DNA of 64,000 nt from Squalus acanthias (lineage: Eukaryota). The stretch lies in assembly GCA_030390025.1 (NCBI GenBank), contig CM059431.1, positions 141,548,001 to 141,612,000 on the forward strand, read 5' to 3'. A program made the translations under genes and the position numbers. This document shows positions 50,327-63,407 of the stretch, in pieces. Numbering within the stretch: the first letter of the stretch is position 1; the number at the start of each line of letters is the position of its first letter. Below the pieces are notes generated by a model that did no database searches, was not told the origin of the DNA, and worked only from the letters and a program-made list of their open reading frames with translations.

Positions 50327-51668
50327 TAGTGTGGGAACCCGTGGGACTGTGATCAGACAGAGTGTGGGTAACCGTGGGACTGGAAACTGGCAATGTGCGG
50401 GTAACCGTGGGACTGGGATCTGGCAGAGTGTGGGAACCCGTGGGACTGGGAACTGGCAGAGTGTGGGAACCCGTGGGACTGGAAACTGGCAGACTGCGGG
50501 AACCCGTGGACTGGGATCTGGCAGAGTGTGGGAACCCTTGGGACTGGGATCTGGCAGAGTGTGGGAACCCGAGGGACTGGGGTCTGGCAGAGTGTGGGAA
50601 CCCGTATGACTCTGATCTGGCAGAGTGCGGGAACCCGTGGGACTGGGATCTGGCAGAGTGTGGGAACACGTGGGACTGGGATCTGGCAGAGAGTGGGAAC
50701 CCGTGGGACTGGGAACTGGCAGAGTGTGGAAACCCGTGGGACTGGGAACTGGCAGAGTGCGGAACCCGTGGGACTGGGAACTGGCAGAGAGATGGGAACC
50801 CGTGGGACTGGGAACTGGCAGAGTGCGGGAACCCGTGGGACTGGGAACTGGCAGAGTGTGGGAACCCGTGGGACTGGAAACTGGCAGAGTGCGGGAACCC
50901 GTGGGACTGGGAACTGGCAGAGTGTGGGAACCCGTGGGACTGGGAACTGGCAGAGTGCGGGAACCCGTGGGACTGGGATCTGGCAGAGTGTGGGAACCCG
51001 TGAGACTAGGATCTGGCAGAGTGCAGGAACCCGTGGGACTCTGATCTGGCAGAGTGCGGGAACCCGTGGGACTCTGATCTGGCAGATTCCGGGAACCCAT
51101 GGGACTGTGATCTGGCAGCATGCGGGAAACCGTGAGACTGGAATCTGGCAGAGAGCGGAAACCCGTGGGACTCTGATCTGGCAGAGTGCGGGAACCCGTG
51201 GGACTGGGATCTGGCAGATTCCGGGAACCCATGGGACTGGGATCTGGCAGCATGCGGGAAACCGTGAGACTGGAAACTGGCAAAGTGTGGGAGCCCGTGG
51301 GACTGGGATGTGGCAGAGTGTGGGAGCCCGTGAGACTGGACACTGGCAGAGTGCGGGAACCCGTGTGACTGGGATCTGTCAGAGTGTGGGAACCCGTGAG
51401 ACTGGGATCTGGCAGAGTGTGGGAACCCGTGAGACTGGGATCTGTCAGAGTGTGGGAACCCGTGAGACTGGGATCTGGCAGAGTGTGGGAACCCGTGGGA
51501 CTGGGAACTGGCAGAGATTGGGAACCCGTGAGACTGGGAACTGGCAGAGTGTGGGAACCCATGGGACTGGGATCTGGCAGAGTGCGGGAACCCGTGAGAC
51601 TGGATTTGGCAGAGTGCGGGAACCCTTGGGACTGGGATCTGGCAGAGTGCGGGTACCGTGGGACTGTG
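50327..51668. repeat. 33-bp G-rich minisatellite, about 40 copies
   Basis: Unit GTGGGAACCCGTGGGACTGGGATCTGGCAGAGT; produces 11-aa periodic ORFs in several frames. Confidence 0.95.
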
Positions 51669-51679
51669 TTTTTTAATTA

Positions 51680-52440
51680 GTTTTTTGGGATCAGTGCATC
51701 GCTGGCAATCCCAGCATTTATTGCCCATCACTAGTTGCCCTTGCAAAGGTGGTGGTGAGCCGCCTTCTTGAACCGCTGCAGTCCGTGTGGTGATGGCATT
51801 CCCACAGTGCTGCTACGTAGGCAGTTCCAGGATTTTGACCCAGCGACGATGAAGGATCGACGATATACTCCTAAGCCAGGATGGTGTGTGACTTGAAGGT
51901 GAACTTGGAGGTGGTGGTGTACCCATGCGCCTGCTGCCCTTGTCTTTCTAGGTGGAAGAGGTTGCGGGTTTGGGAGATGCTGCTGAAGAAGCCTTGGCGA
52001 GTTGCTGCAGTGCATCTTGTAGATGGTACACACTGCAGTCACGGTACGCCGGTGGTGGAGGGAGTGAATGTTTAAGGTGGTGGCTGGTGTGCCAATCAAG
52101 GGGGCTGCTTTGTCCTGGATGGTGTCGAGCTTCTTGTATGTTGTTGGAGCTGCACTCATCCAGGCAATTTGAGAGTATTCCGTCAAACTCCTTACTTGTG
52201 CGTTTTAGATGGTGGAAAGGCTTTGGTGAGTCAGGAGGTGAGACACTCGCCGCAGAATACCGAGCCTCTGACTTGCTCTTCTTGCCACAGTATTTATGAA
52301 GCTGGTCCAGTTAAGTTTCTGGTTAATGGTGACCCCCAGGATGTTGATGGTGGTGGATTCGTTGATGGTAATGCCATTGAATGCCAAGGGGAGGTGGTAG
52401 AACTTCCGCTCGTTGGAGATATTCATTGCCTGGCACTTCT
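51680..52440 (-). mobile_element. Second-lineage CR1-group LINE 3' fragment
   Basis: Close copy of 30700-31460 (KKLDTIQDKAA, SLHHRRTV, YKMHCSNSP). Confidence 0.85.
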
Positions 52441-53294
52441 CTCCACAGCCATTTAATTTCTCTGCTTCAATATGAATCTAACTTTCCCTTAACTATTCCC
52501 TGAGGCAAAAAATTCCATGTTCCGGAAACTGTTTGCATTAAGCAATTTCTGCTATCCTCTCTGCTCATTCCCTTTGTGACCATTTGAAATCGATCACCCT
52601 TTATTGCTCGCTCCCCAACTAGATGGACTAATATTTCCCCCTTATCTTTTCCGAAACTATTCGGATTTCTGAAACCTCTATTAAATCTCCTCTTAGCTTT
52701 CGCTGCTCCAGTGCAAATATTCTCAGTAACTTGTCCCAATATCAACAGTATAGTTCTGATCCAATGCACCATCCTGGTGTATCTACACTGCCCGCTCTCA
52801 GTGGATTTAATGGCCTTTCCACAATGAAGGGCCGAAGCTGTACCTGGCGTTCAGACGGTGGCCTCGCCAGCATTTTGTAAAGATTCATCATCGCTTGTTC
52901 ATTCTTGTTATTTATGTCCATATGTATAAAAAACAAAAATCTTTTGATTTTCTCTTGAATTTATCCAACTGCAAACACACTTTCTCTGAATTAAGTATTT
53001 GGATACCTATCGCGCTCACTGAGCATCCACAGCCTTCAGCTCTTTTCCATTGACAATCTTCTCCCAATTCTTGTCGTTCCTCGCAGATTGAGGCGAGATC
53101 ACCGATGAACAATTTATAACTGATTCAAAGTTGCAGATATTTTTCAATATTTATTTGAACAATGTGTAACCGCACAATAAAACGATAATGACCAAAGAAT
53201 CTGTCTGACCGTCTGGAAATGTTCAGCCAACACCCAATACTGAATATCAGTTGTATTTTACCTGAATTTCTGTCCTTATTTTTACAGATAACTA

Positions 53295-54375
53295 TTTTTT
53301 ATTCGTTGATGGGATCTGGGCGTCGCTGGCAATACCAGCATTTATTGCCCATCCCTAATTGCCCTTCAGAAGGTGCTGGTGAGCCGCCTTCTTGAACCGC
53401 TGCAGTCAGTGTGGTGAAGGTACTCCCACAGTGCTGTTAGGGAGGGAGTTCCAGCATTTTGACTCAGCGACGATGAAGGATCAGTGATGTATTTCCAAGT
53501 CAGGATGGTATGTGACTTGTAGGGGAACTTGGAGTTGGTGGTGTTCCCATGCGCCGGCTGCCCTTGTCCTTCTCGGTGCAAGAGGTAGCGGGATTGGGAG
53601 GTGCTGCCGAAGAAGCGTTGGCGAGTTGCTGCAGTGCATCTTATAGATGGTACACAATGCAGCCACAGTACGCCGGTGATGGAGGGAGTCAATGTTTAAG
53701 GTGGTGGATGGGGTGCCAATCAAGCGTGCTGCTGTTTCCTGGATGGTGTCGAGCTTCTTGAGTGAAGTTGGAGCTGCACTCATCCAGGCAAGTGGAGATT
53801 ATTCCATCACACTCCTTAATTGTGCCTGGTTAATGGTGACCCCCCAAGATGTTGATGGTGGGGGATTCGGCGATGGTAATGCCATTGAATGTCAAGAGGC
53901 GGTGGTAGACTCTCGCTTGTTGGAGATAGTCATTGCCTGACAGTTCTGTGGCCCGAATGTTACCTGCCACTTATCAGACAAAGCCTGAACGTCGTCCAGG
54001 TCTTGTTGCATGCGGGCATGGACTGCTTCATTATCTGTGAGGTTGTGAATGGCGCTGAACACTGTGCAGTCATCAGCGAACAGACACATTTCTGACCTTA
54101 TGTTGGAGGGAAGGTCATTACTGAAGCAGCTGAAGATGGTTGGGCCTAGGACGCTGCCCTGAGGTACTCCTGCAGCGATGTCCTGGGGCTGTGATGATTG
54201 ACCTTCAACCACCGCAACCATCTTCCTTTGTGCTAGGTGTGACTCCAGCCAGTGGAGCGTTTTCCCCCTGATTCCCATTGATTTCAGTTTTACTGGGGCT
54301 CATTGCTGCCAGACTCGGTCAAATGCTGCCTCGATGTCAAGGGCAGTCACTGTCACCTCACCTGTGGAATTCAGC
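53295..54375 (-). mobile_element. Second-lineage CR1-group LINE 3' fragment
   Basis: [10 protein letters not shown] and LFADD motifs; same family as 30690-32890; internal deletion near 53828. Confidence 0.85.
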
Positions 54376-55150
54376 AACTTGCAACAATTGTAATCGTCAA
54401 GAACTGTATGAAACATCATTCAAGTTTACATTCCTTTACTATTTTGTTTGGGAGACTGCTTGAGTCGGAATATCAATAATATTACTCATGACACTTGTAT
54501 CGACAGCACAAAACAAGGGTAGATTCCATCTTTGTGCTGAGTGAGAGACACCAGACAGCGCACAATCGAGATTTTATGTCAGTATCTGGTACAAAAGAGG
54601 TGAAAGGTCACATCGATGAGCCGAATTCCGACTGTTTCCTCCTTTCGAACACTGATCACGTGACAAGAGCCCGCGCTATTCGTCAATGAGGAATGGAGTC
54701 CGATAGAGAGACCCGCGCCTGCAATATTCACACCAAACTTCCAGGAAAATTACCAATATCGGCGATCGCAGGACCTTTGATTGTTTCGGCACCGAATAAA
54801 ACTTTATTGATGATTTTAAAATGCCGCACCCGATCCCAGTATCTGCAGTGTAAGGTGAATTTCTCTGTTGCTCATAAGTCCGACCCCATTGCTGAATCTC
54901 ACATTGATATCATGGATCCCTGAAATTGAAATGTAATGAATTTGCAGGAATAGGTTATGTTCACTCAGCGAAAGAAGAGAACTAATGTAAAGCAGACATC
55001 AAACGTATGCTACAGACTGGAAGAAATGTTCACACAAGAACTCTCCCATGTCTCAGATTAACGGAAAGAAGGACGTTCTAAGGTGGAAAAGGAACTGAAA
55101 TTGGGCTTTAGTTATGAAGAACCTTTCGTTTGACTTGATTCTTTTTATTC

Positions 55151-56567
55151 TCATTTTCTAACTAATCTCAGAATCAGTGTCCAGGGAGATTTCACCACAG
55201 TCTTCAGCTCTTCTCTGAATTTGCTCTGGGTGGCTGCATAAATACACGGGTTTTGAAAGCCACTCAAAAACTTCAGCATGGCTGCGGTTTCAGTGGCGAT
55301 ATATCCAGGGTCTGTGCGGTCACCTCGGTAATAAGTGGGGTTTGTCAGTCTGGTAGTTACCAAAGTCACGGCAGCTGTCAGCCACAACTGTACAAAACTG
55401 CCCGATACAGTGAGGAGTAATATGATGGATATCCTTCGGTTCTCTGTCTCTGTATCTCTCTGATTGTCACTCCTGTGTCCCCGGATTCCCTTGCGGGCTC
55501 TGCTGGCCACTAATATACGTCTGACTGTCAAATAATTTAACAAGGCAATTAAAATTAAAGGAAGCCAAACGCCCCAGGCGCTGTGAAACCAGAGGTAGGC
55601 TACACCTAGAGGAGAGGGAAAAAAGCCACACTTGACTGGCAGCCCCACTGCTCCTTGTTAATTATTTGGTCAGGTTGAAATGCAAACACAATGGGGATAT
55701 CCTTTAAAATCATCAGGACCGTGAAAGCTGTTATAACCGCGGCCGCAGTTCTCGCAGTGCAATACTTTGCTTTAAACTTCTGGCAGCAGATCACTACAAA
55801 TCGATCAAATGTGAAGGAGACGGTGATCCAAACAGACAAATCCAGGTTGACAGCATTCATGTATAGAATGAATTTACACCCGAGAGTGTGGGACAGAAAT
55901 TAAAGTGGAAAGTGATAACATAAAATATGATACACCATTACATTGAAGATCATGACCAGTAGGTCTGATGTTGCCATGGCCACCATGTAGACAGAGATAC
56001 ACCTGGAAAGGCCGCAATTTCCTCGGGAGAGAATCACCATTGTCACCAAATTCGCTATAAGAAAGAGAGAGGAGAGAAATAATGTTCCAGTGCCTGATTA
56101 AAATATATATGGAGATCCCTCTGGAGAGTACCTTACTCCATTCAGTGTGATTATCAACACGGAGCAGTGTGAGAACAGGATTAGTATTGGAGCCATTACC
56201 TGGGAAACCCACCCACACATTTTAATGAGATGCTGCAGCGCTCACTCTGCACAGGGCGACAAGACGGTCCGGAAATCGGCGAAAATCCTTGATTTTCAAA
56301 GAACATGGTAACTTCATTAATGTTATCTGCTTAAACAGAACGCGGAATGTGCAGACAAGCGATTCACGAGTTCGTACCTGCCAACTGTGCAAAGCTGACG
56401 TCCGGATAACAAGTAAACTTATCAAACAGACTGTGTGTGCATGGATACATGGATACAGTTAACCCCGACTAACAACAAACATGTTACAATGGCTCACCAG
56501 GTACACCGAAGGCTGCGAGAATGGGGTAGTACATCTCTTTTATCAGCAGCAACTTTAGTTGCACCAT
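55151..56567 (-). pseudogene. GPR139/GPR142-like GPCR paralogue (copy B); exons 56567-56498 and 56054-55151; disrupted
   Basis: Exon 1 MVQLKLLLIKEMYYPILAAFGVP with the same phase-1 intron as copy A. In-frame TAA at 55900-55902 (TCA in copy A) and a 1-bp loss in the A6 run at 55619-55624. The repaired product would be 324 aa. Confidence 0.88.
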
Positions 56568-57039
56568 TTTCTGGAGAATCGATAAATTCTGTAGGAGATG
56601 AAAGACTCTGACTGGCGCACGGCTGAGGCAATGGAAGGGAAGCTATATTTATCCACACATCAATCCGCCAGAGACTAAATCAGGTGAAATCCTAATTAGC
56701 ATTAGTTACAGTCATTTAACAAATAGACTCAGGCAAGTTTTTATTGTCTGATAAGAAATAAGATAAATTGTTATTGGAAAGTTTAATAAAAACATGCACA
56801 ATTAAACATTCTTTACAATTAGAGAGTTCAATCTACCAGTACTGCTGCTGACCCTCTTACTACAGGAGCAGTGAAGGCAGCTCCCCTAGCACGACACGTC
56901 CTGGCCCTATCCTTGACTTAATCTTATTGCTTCAACCCCTCCAGAACAGGCGGTGACCAAATCTTGCGGTATTAGTTATGACCACAGTCATGCGGCATTA
57001 AAGGTAACTGTGTTTCTCTGCTAGTTGTCGTAAACCTGC

Positions 57040-58320
57040 ACTTACACTAGAGCTGAGAGTGCTCCCCCTGTACTTGTGGACGCCCTACACTTAAACTCGA
57101 GGTGACCGTGCTTCTCCGGTACAATTGGTACCCCTACACTTAATCTAGAGGAGAAGGTGCTCCCCTGGTGCTAGCGGTACACCTACACTTACACTAGAGG
57201 AGACAGTGCTCTTTCAGTATTAGTGGTACCCCTGCACTTACACTAGAGGAGACAGTGCTCCTTCAGTACTAGTGGTACCCCTGCATTTACAGTAGAGGAG
57301 ACAGTGTTCCTTCAGTACTAGCGATACCCCTGCAATTAGACTAGAGGAGACAGTGCTCCATCAGTACTAGTGGAGCCCCTACACTTACACTAGAGGTGAC
57401 AGTGCTCTTTCAGTACTAGTGGAGCCCCTTCACTTACACTAGACGAGACAGTGCTCCTTCAGTACTAGCGGTACCCCTGCAATTACACTAGAGGAGACAG
57501 TGCTCCTTCCGTACTAGTGGTACCTCTGCACTTACACTAGAGGAGACATTGCTCCTTCAGTACTATTGGTACCCCTGCACTTACACTAGAGGAGACAGTG
57601 CTCCTTCAGTACTAGTGGAGCCGCTGCACTTACACTAGAGGAGACAGTGATCCCCTGGTACTAAAGTAGCCCTGCACCTACACTAGAGGAGTCAGTGCTC
57701 CTTCAGTACCAGTGGTACCCCTGCACTTACACTAGAGGAGACAGTGCACCTTCAGTGCTAGTGGTACCCCTACACTTACACTGGAGGAGACACTGCTCCT
57801 TCAGTACTAGTGGTACACTACACTTACACTCGAGGTGACCTTGCTCCTCCGGTACTAGCGATACCCCTGCACTTAGACTATTGCTGGACGTGAACTTCCT
57901 GTTCTGGCGGTTCCCTAATCTTACACGAGCGGTGGTCCTGATTCTAGTATACGGCTGGTACCCCTACATATACACTGGAGGTGACCGTGCTCCACCGGTA
58001 GTAGTGGTAACCCCACACTGATAATGGTAGTGACAGTGCTCTTCTGGTATTAATGGTTACCTACAATTACACACGAGCTGACCGTGCTCCTGTGGTACTA
58101 GAGCTACATCTACACTTACACTAGAGATGACCGGGCTCCTCCTGAAACAGTGGTAATCCCATAATTATATTAGAGGTGAACATGCTCCACTGGTTGCAGT
58201 GGTACACCTACACTGATACGAGAGGAGACCAGTACTCCTTCGATACTAGTGATATTCTACACTTATACTAGATGTGACAGCACTCCTCCTGTAATAGTGG
58301 TATCCATACAGTTAAACTTG
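57040..58320. repeat. 49-bp minisatellite upstream of GPCR copy B (resumes at 60209-60420)
   Basis: Unit CACTAGAGGAGACAGTGCTCCTTCAGTACTAGTGGTACCCCTGCACTTA; reverse-complement relative of the 35561-36232 array. Confidence 0.9.
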
Positions 58321-58364
58321 TAGTGGCAGTGCCATTTTGTTATTAGAGGCAGCGAACATTTACA

Positions 58365-60208
58365 CTGGCGGGCAAAATAAAGGAAAATCCCAAGGTGTTT
58401 TATAAGTATATTAAGGACAAGAGGATAACCAGGGAAAGAGTAGGGCCCATCAGGGACCAAAGTGGCCATCTGTGTGTGGAGCCAAAAGATGTAAGTGAGG
58501 TTTTAAATGAATATTTTGCATCTGTGTTCACGATGGAGAAGGACGATGTAGGCATAGAAATCAGGCAGGGGGATTGTGATATACTTGAACAAATTAGTAT
58601 TGAGAGCGAGGAGTTACTAGCGGTTTTATCGGGCTTAAAAGTGGATAAATCACCAGGCCCAGACGAGATGTATCCCAGGCTGCTGTGTAAGGCAATGGAG
58701 GAGTTTGCAGGGGCTCTGACACAAATTTTCAGAACCTCTCTGGCCACAGTGGAGGGGTCAAAGGACTGGAGGACAACTAACGTAGTACCATTATTCAAGA
58801 AGGGTAGCAGGGATAAACCAGGGAATTACAGGCCAGTGAGCCTAATATCAGTGGTCGGGAAATTATTGGAAACATTTCTGAGGGAAAGAATTAGTCTCCA
58901 CTTGGAGAGGCAAGGATTAACCAAGGATTGTCAGCATGGCTTTGTCAGGGGGAGATCATGTCTGACCAATTTGATTAAATTTTTCGAGGGGATGACTCGG
59001 TGTGTGGATGAGGGTAGTGCAGCTGATGTGGTCTACATGGACTTCAGTAAGGCTTTTGACAAAATCCCACATGGGAGACTGGTCAAGAAGGTAAGAGCCC
59101 ATGGGATCCAGGGCAATTTGGCACATTGGATCCAAAATTGGCTCAGTGGCAGGAGGCAGAGGGTGATGGTCGAAGGTTGTTTTTGTGACTGGAAGCCTGT
59201 GTCCAGTGGTGTACCGCAGGGATCGGTGCTGGGTCCTTTGCTGTTTATAGTGTGCATTAATGATGTAGATATGAATGTAGGAGGTATGATCAGTATGTTT
59301 GCAGATGACACGAAAATTGGTGGGGTGGTAAATAGCGAGGAGGGAAACCTCAGGCTACAGGACGATATAGACGCGTTGGTTAGATGGGCAGAACAGTGGC
59401 AAATGGAACGTGTGAGGTGATGCATTTTGGAGGACTAACAAGGCAAGGGGATACACAATGAATGGCAGGACCCGAGGAAGGACAGTGGATCAGAGGGACC
59501 TTTGGTGTGCATGTACATATATCCCTGAAGGCAACAGGGCAGGTAGATAAGGTGGTTAAAAAGGCATATGGGATACTTGCCTTCATTAGCCGAGGCATAG
59601 CATATAAGGAGCAGGGATGTAATGATGGAGCTGTACAAAACGCTAGTTAGGCCACAGCTGGAATATTGTGTGCAGTTCTGGTCGCCACACTATAGGAAGG
59701 ATGTGATTGCATTGGAAAGGGTGCAGAGGAGATTCACCAGGATGTTACCTGGGCTTGAGCGCTTCAGCTATGAAGAGAGACTGGACAGGCTGGGGTTGTT
59801 TTCCTTAGAGCAGACAAGGCTGAGGGGGGACCTGATTGAGGTGTACAAAGTTATGAGGGGCATAGATAGGGTAGATAGAAAGGACCTTTTCCCCTTAGTA
59901 GAGGGGTCAATAACCAGGGGGCATAGTTTCAAGGTAAGGGGCGGGAGGTTTAGAGGGGATTTGAGGAAAAACTTTTCACCCAAAGGGTGGTTGGAATCTG
60001 GAACTCACTGCCTGAAAGGGTGTTAGAGGCAGGAACCCTCACAACATTCAAGAAGCATTTAGACGAGCAATTGAAACGCCATCGCCTACAAGTCTACGGA
60101 CCAATTGGTGGAAAATGAGATTAGAATAGACAGGGCTTGATGGCCGGCGCGGACACGATGGACCGAAGGGCCTCTTTCTGTGCTGTATAACTATGACTCT
60201 ATGACTCT
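58365..60208 (+). mobile_element. Relatively young 5'-truncated CR1 (RT intact over 341 aa)
   Basis: Open RT with [36 protein letters not shown] and MFADD; CTATGACTCTATGACTCT tail. Confidence 0.93.
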
Positions 60209-60599
60209 GGAGCTGACCGTCCTCCTCCGGTACCAGCAGTATCTTTACACTTACACTAGTGGTGAAAGTGTTCGTGCGGTACTAGTGGTTCCCTTCACTT
60301 ACACCAGCGGTGATACTGCTTCTATGGAACTATTGGTACACCTGCACATATACTAGATGTGACCGTGCTCCTCTGGTAATAGATTGTCTGCAGTAGCACC
60401 AGACGTGAAAATGCTCTTCCACTGCTATAGCTGATTCTATTCCTGTTCAAGGCCCCACTCTTGTTGCACTGACGGAGACCCATCTACTGCACTACTGGCG
60501 AGGACTCTGCTTTTTCAGCACTGGTATAATACCTACTGCTCGAAAACAAGTACTGACCAGTTTTGCAGCACCAGTGATAGACGTACTAGGGGACACAAG

Positions 60600-60968
60600 A
60601 ATGAATACAAGGACATAAGAAATTATGAGGGTCCTAAATAGATTGGATAGGAAGGGCCTATTTCATTTAGCAGAGAGATCAGTAACAAGGGGGCATAAAA
60701 TTAAAGTAATTGGTAGAAGGATTAGAGGGGAGACTCGTTTTCACCCAGAGGGTGGCGGGCTCTGGAATTAACTGCCTGAAAGGGTGGTAGAAGCAGACAC
60801 ACTGGTCACATTTCAAAAGTACTTGGATATGAACTTGAAGTGCCGTAACCTGCAGGGATACGGACCAAGAGCTGGAAAGTGGGGTTAGGCAGTCTGGCAC
60901 TTTCTCGGCCGGGACAGACACGATGGGTCGAATGATCTCCTTCTGTGTCATAAATTTCTATGATTCTA
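60600..60968 (+). mobile_element. CR1 3' end fragment
   Basis: TTTTCACCCAGAGGGTGG...CTGCCTGAAAGGGTGGTAGA and a TTCTATGATTCTA tail. Confidence 0.8.
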
Positions 60969-60974
60969 TTATTC

Positions 60975-63000
60975 TATTCGGCCCTGCTCCGGCATTCAAT
61001 AAGATCATGGTTATACCTCAACTCCAGCACAGTCCCCAAATCCCTTGATTCCCTGAGTATGCAAAAATCTCTCTCAGCCTTGAATATAGTCAAAGACAGA
61101 GCATCCACAGCCCTATGGGGTAGCGAATTCCAAAGATTCACATCCCTTTGAGTGAGGAAATATCTCCTCATCTCAGTCCTAAATGGCTGACCCTTTATTC
61201 TAAGATTGTGACCCCTAGTTACAGACTCTCCAGCCAGGTGAAACAACCCCCAGCATGTACCGTCCCCTCATCCCATGAATCCGTCAAGGGAAGCTTTGTT
61301 GCACCCCGTCGAAGGTAAGTGTAACCTTCCTTAGGTAAGGAAAGAAAGACTTGCATTTATATAGCGCCTTTAACGACCACCGGACGCCTCAAAGTGCTTT
61401 ACAGTCAATGAAGAATTTTTGAAGTGGAATCACTGTTGTAATGTGGGAAACTCAGCAAGCTCCCACAAACAGCAATGATCTGTTTTTGTTATGTTGGTAC
61501 ACCGGGGATAACTCCCCTACTCTTCTTCGAAATAGTGCCATGGGATCTTTTACGTCCACCTGACAGAGCAGACGGGACCTCGGTTTCAGGTCTCATCTGA
61601 AAGACGGCACCTCCGACAGTACAGCACTCCCGCAGCACTGCACTGGTGTCTCAGTCTAGCTTTATGTGCTCAAGTCCCTGGAGTGGGACTTCAACCCACA
61701 TCAATCTGACTCAGAGGCGAGTGTGCTACCAGCTGTGCTATGGCTGAAACTGATGAAAACTGTACACAGTGCACAAGGTGTGGTCTCGCCAAGGCCCTAT
61801 ATAATGGCAGTAAGACTTCTCTAATCTTTTACTCCAATCTTTTTGTATGAAGGCTAATAGACCATTTGTTTTCCTAATTGCTTGCTGCACCTTCAAGTTA
61901 ACTTTCCGTGATTTGTGTACAAGAGCATCCAGGTCCCTCTGAATAACAACATTTTCCAATCTCCCAATATTTAAAAATATTCTGCTTTTCTATTTTTCCT
62001 AACAAAGTGGATAACTTCAGATTTTTCCACAGTGAATTGCATCTGCCATCGTCTTGCCCACTCACTTAACCTGTCGATATCCATTTCCAGCCTCTTTGCA
62101 TCTTCCTCACAACTTACTTTCCCACCTAGCTTTGATTCATCAGCAACCTTGGTTACATTACACTCGTCCCCTCATCTAAGCCATTGATATAGATTGTAAA
62201 CAGCTGTGGCCCAAGCACTGATCCTTGCGGTACCCCACAAGTTACAGCCTGCCAATCTGAAAATTAACTGGTTAATTCCTACTCTCTGTTTTCTGTCGGT
62301 TAACCAATCCTCTATCAATGCTAATATTTTACCCCCAAACCCATGCGCCTTTATCTTGCGTAGCAATCTTTTATGTGGCAACTTAATGAATGACTTTTGG
62401 AAATCCAAATATACTGCATCCACTGTTTCCCCCTTATCTACCTTGCTAGTTACAACCTCAAAAGCTCTAATATATTTGTCAAACACGGCTTTACTTTCAT
62501 AAATCCGTGTTGACTCTGCCCAATCATATTATGATTTTCTAAGTGCCCTGTTACCAAGTCCCAAATAATAGATTATTTGCTGGCATTTTCACTACTACTG
62601 TTGTCAGGCTAGCTGGCCTGTCGTGAACAATTTTCTCGCTTGCTTCTTTCTTGAATAGCGGGGTTACTTTTGACACTTTCCAATTAGTGGGGATTGCTAT
62701 TGAAAGTAGAACATTCTGGAAGTCCAAAACCAATGCATCCAATATCTCTGCAGCCACCTCTTTTAAGACCCTAGGTTTGAGGCCATCAGGTCCAAGTGAT
62801 TTGTCGGTTTTTAGCCCCATTACTTTCTCCAGTCTATTTATTTACTAATACTAATTTATTTTAGTTCCTCATTCCCACTAGACCCGCGGTTCCCCACTAT
62901 TTCCGGAATGCTTTTTTGTCTTTTCCGTGAATACAGATAGAAAGTATTTGTTCAATGTCTCTGCCATTTCCATATTACACATTATAATTTCTCCTCTCTC
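60975..63000 (-). mobile_element. CR1 fragment split by a SINE at 61341-61745
   Basis: KTDKSLGPDGLKPRVLKE, VDAVYLDFQKSF and RRYFLTQRDVNLWNSLP. Confidence 0.85.
61341..61745 (-). mobile_element. DeuSINE (SacSINE1-like), tRNA-derived
   Basis: Minus-strand head TAGCACAGCTGGTAGCACACTCGCCTCTGAGTCAGA...GGTTGAAGTCCC; Deu-domain-like GGACGTAAAAGATCCCATGGCACTATTTCGAAGAAGAG; tail GGCGCTATATAAATGCAAGTCTTTCTTT. Confidence 0.8.
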
Positions 63001-63407
63001 TGTCTGTAATGGTCTTTAATGGGGCGTTGGGAGGCCGCCAAGCGAAGGTCAGTAAAACAGTTTTTGATTGGCCTTAATGTGAAGTCAGATGGTGCAGGAT
63101 TGTGACCTGGGCTCACCCTCTTACCTTTGCCTCCCTCCATTCCCCAAGGACAGGCTCGCTGTCCGTGCAGCCGAATTTTCCTTTGTCTCGACCAACGATC
63201 TTCATCGGAAAATTGGGGTCGCAAGCTCGTAGATTTTAATTGTAGAAAACAAGAAGCCCAATTTTCAGTGACCTTCGGGCCCACGTCTTTGAGCGTATGT
63301 TCAAATTGGCGATCATTTCTGGCACTAGACCAATGTTTCCCCCAGATTAGACAATGTGTAACGAAAATCTGATGGTACTAATGAAGGACGGCTGATCCAC
63401 ATTATCA

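Noticed and set aside
50324..51746. Long ORFs (412, 382, 246 aa) resembling mucin-like proteins
   Set aside because: Open in multiple frames on both strands because a 33-bp repeat lacks stops; no start context or unique domain.
57040..58320. CRISPR-like regular repeats (also 21940-22520)
   Set aside because: Head-to-tail units without unique spacers, no cas genes, vertebrate context.
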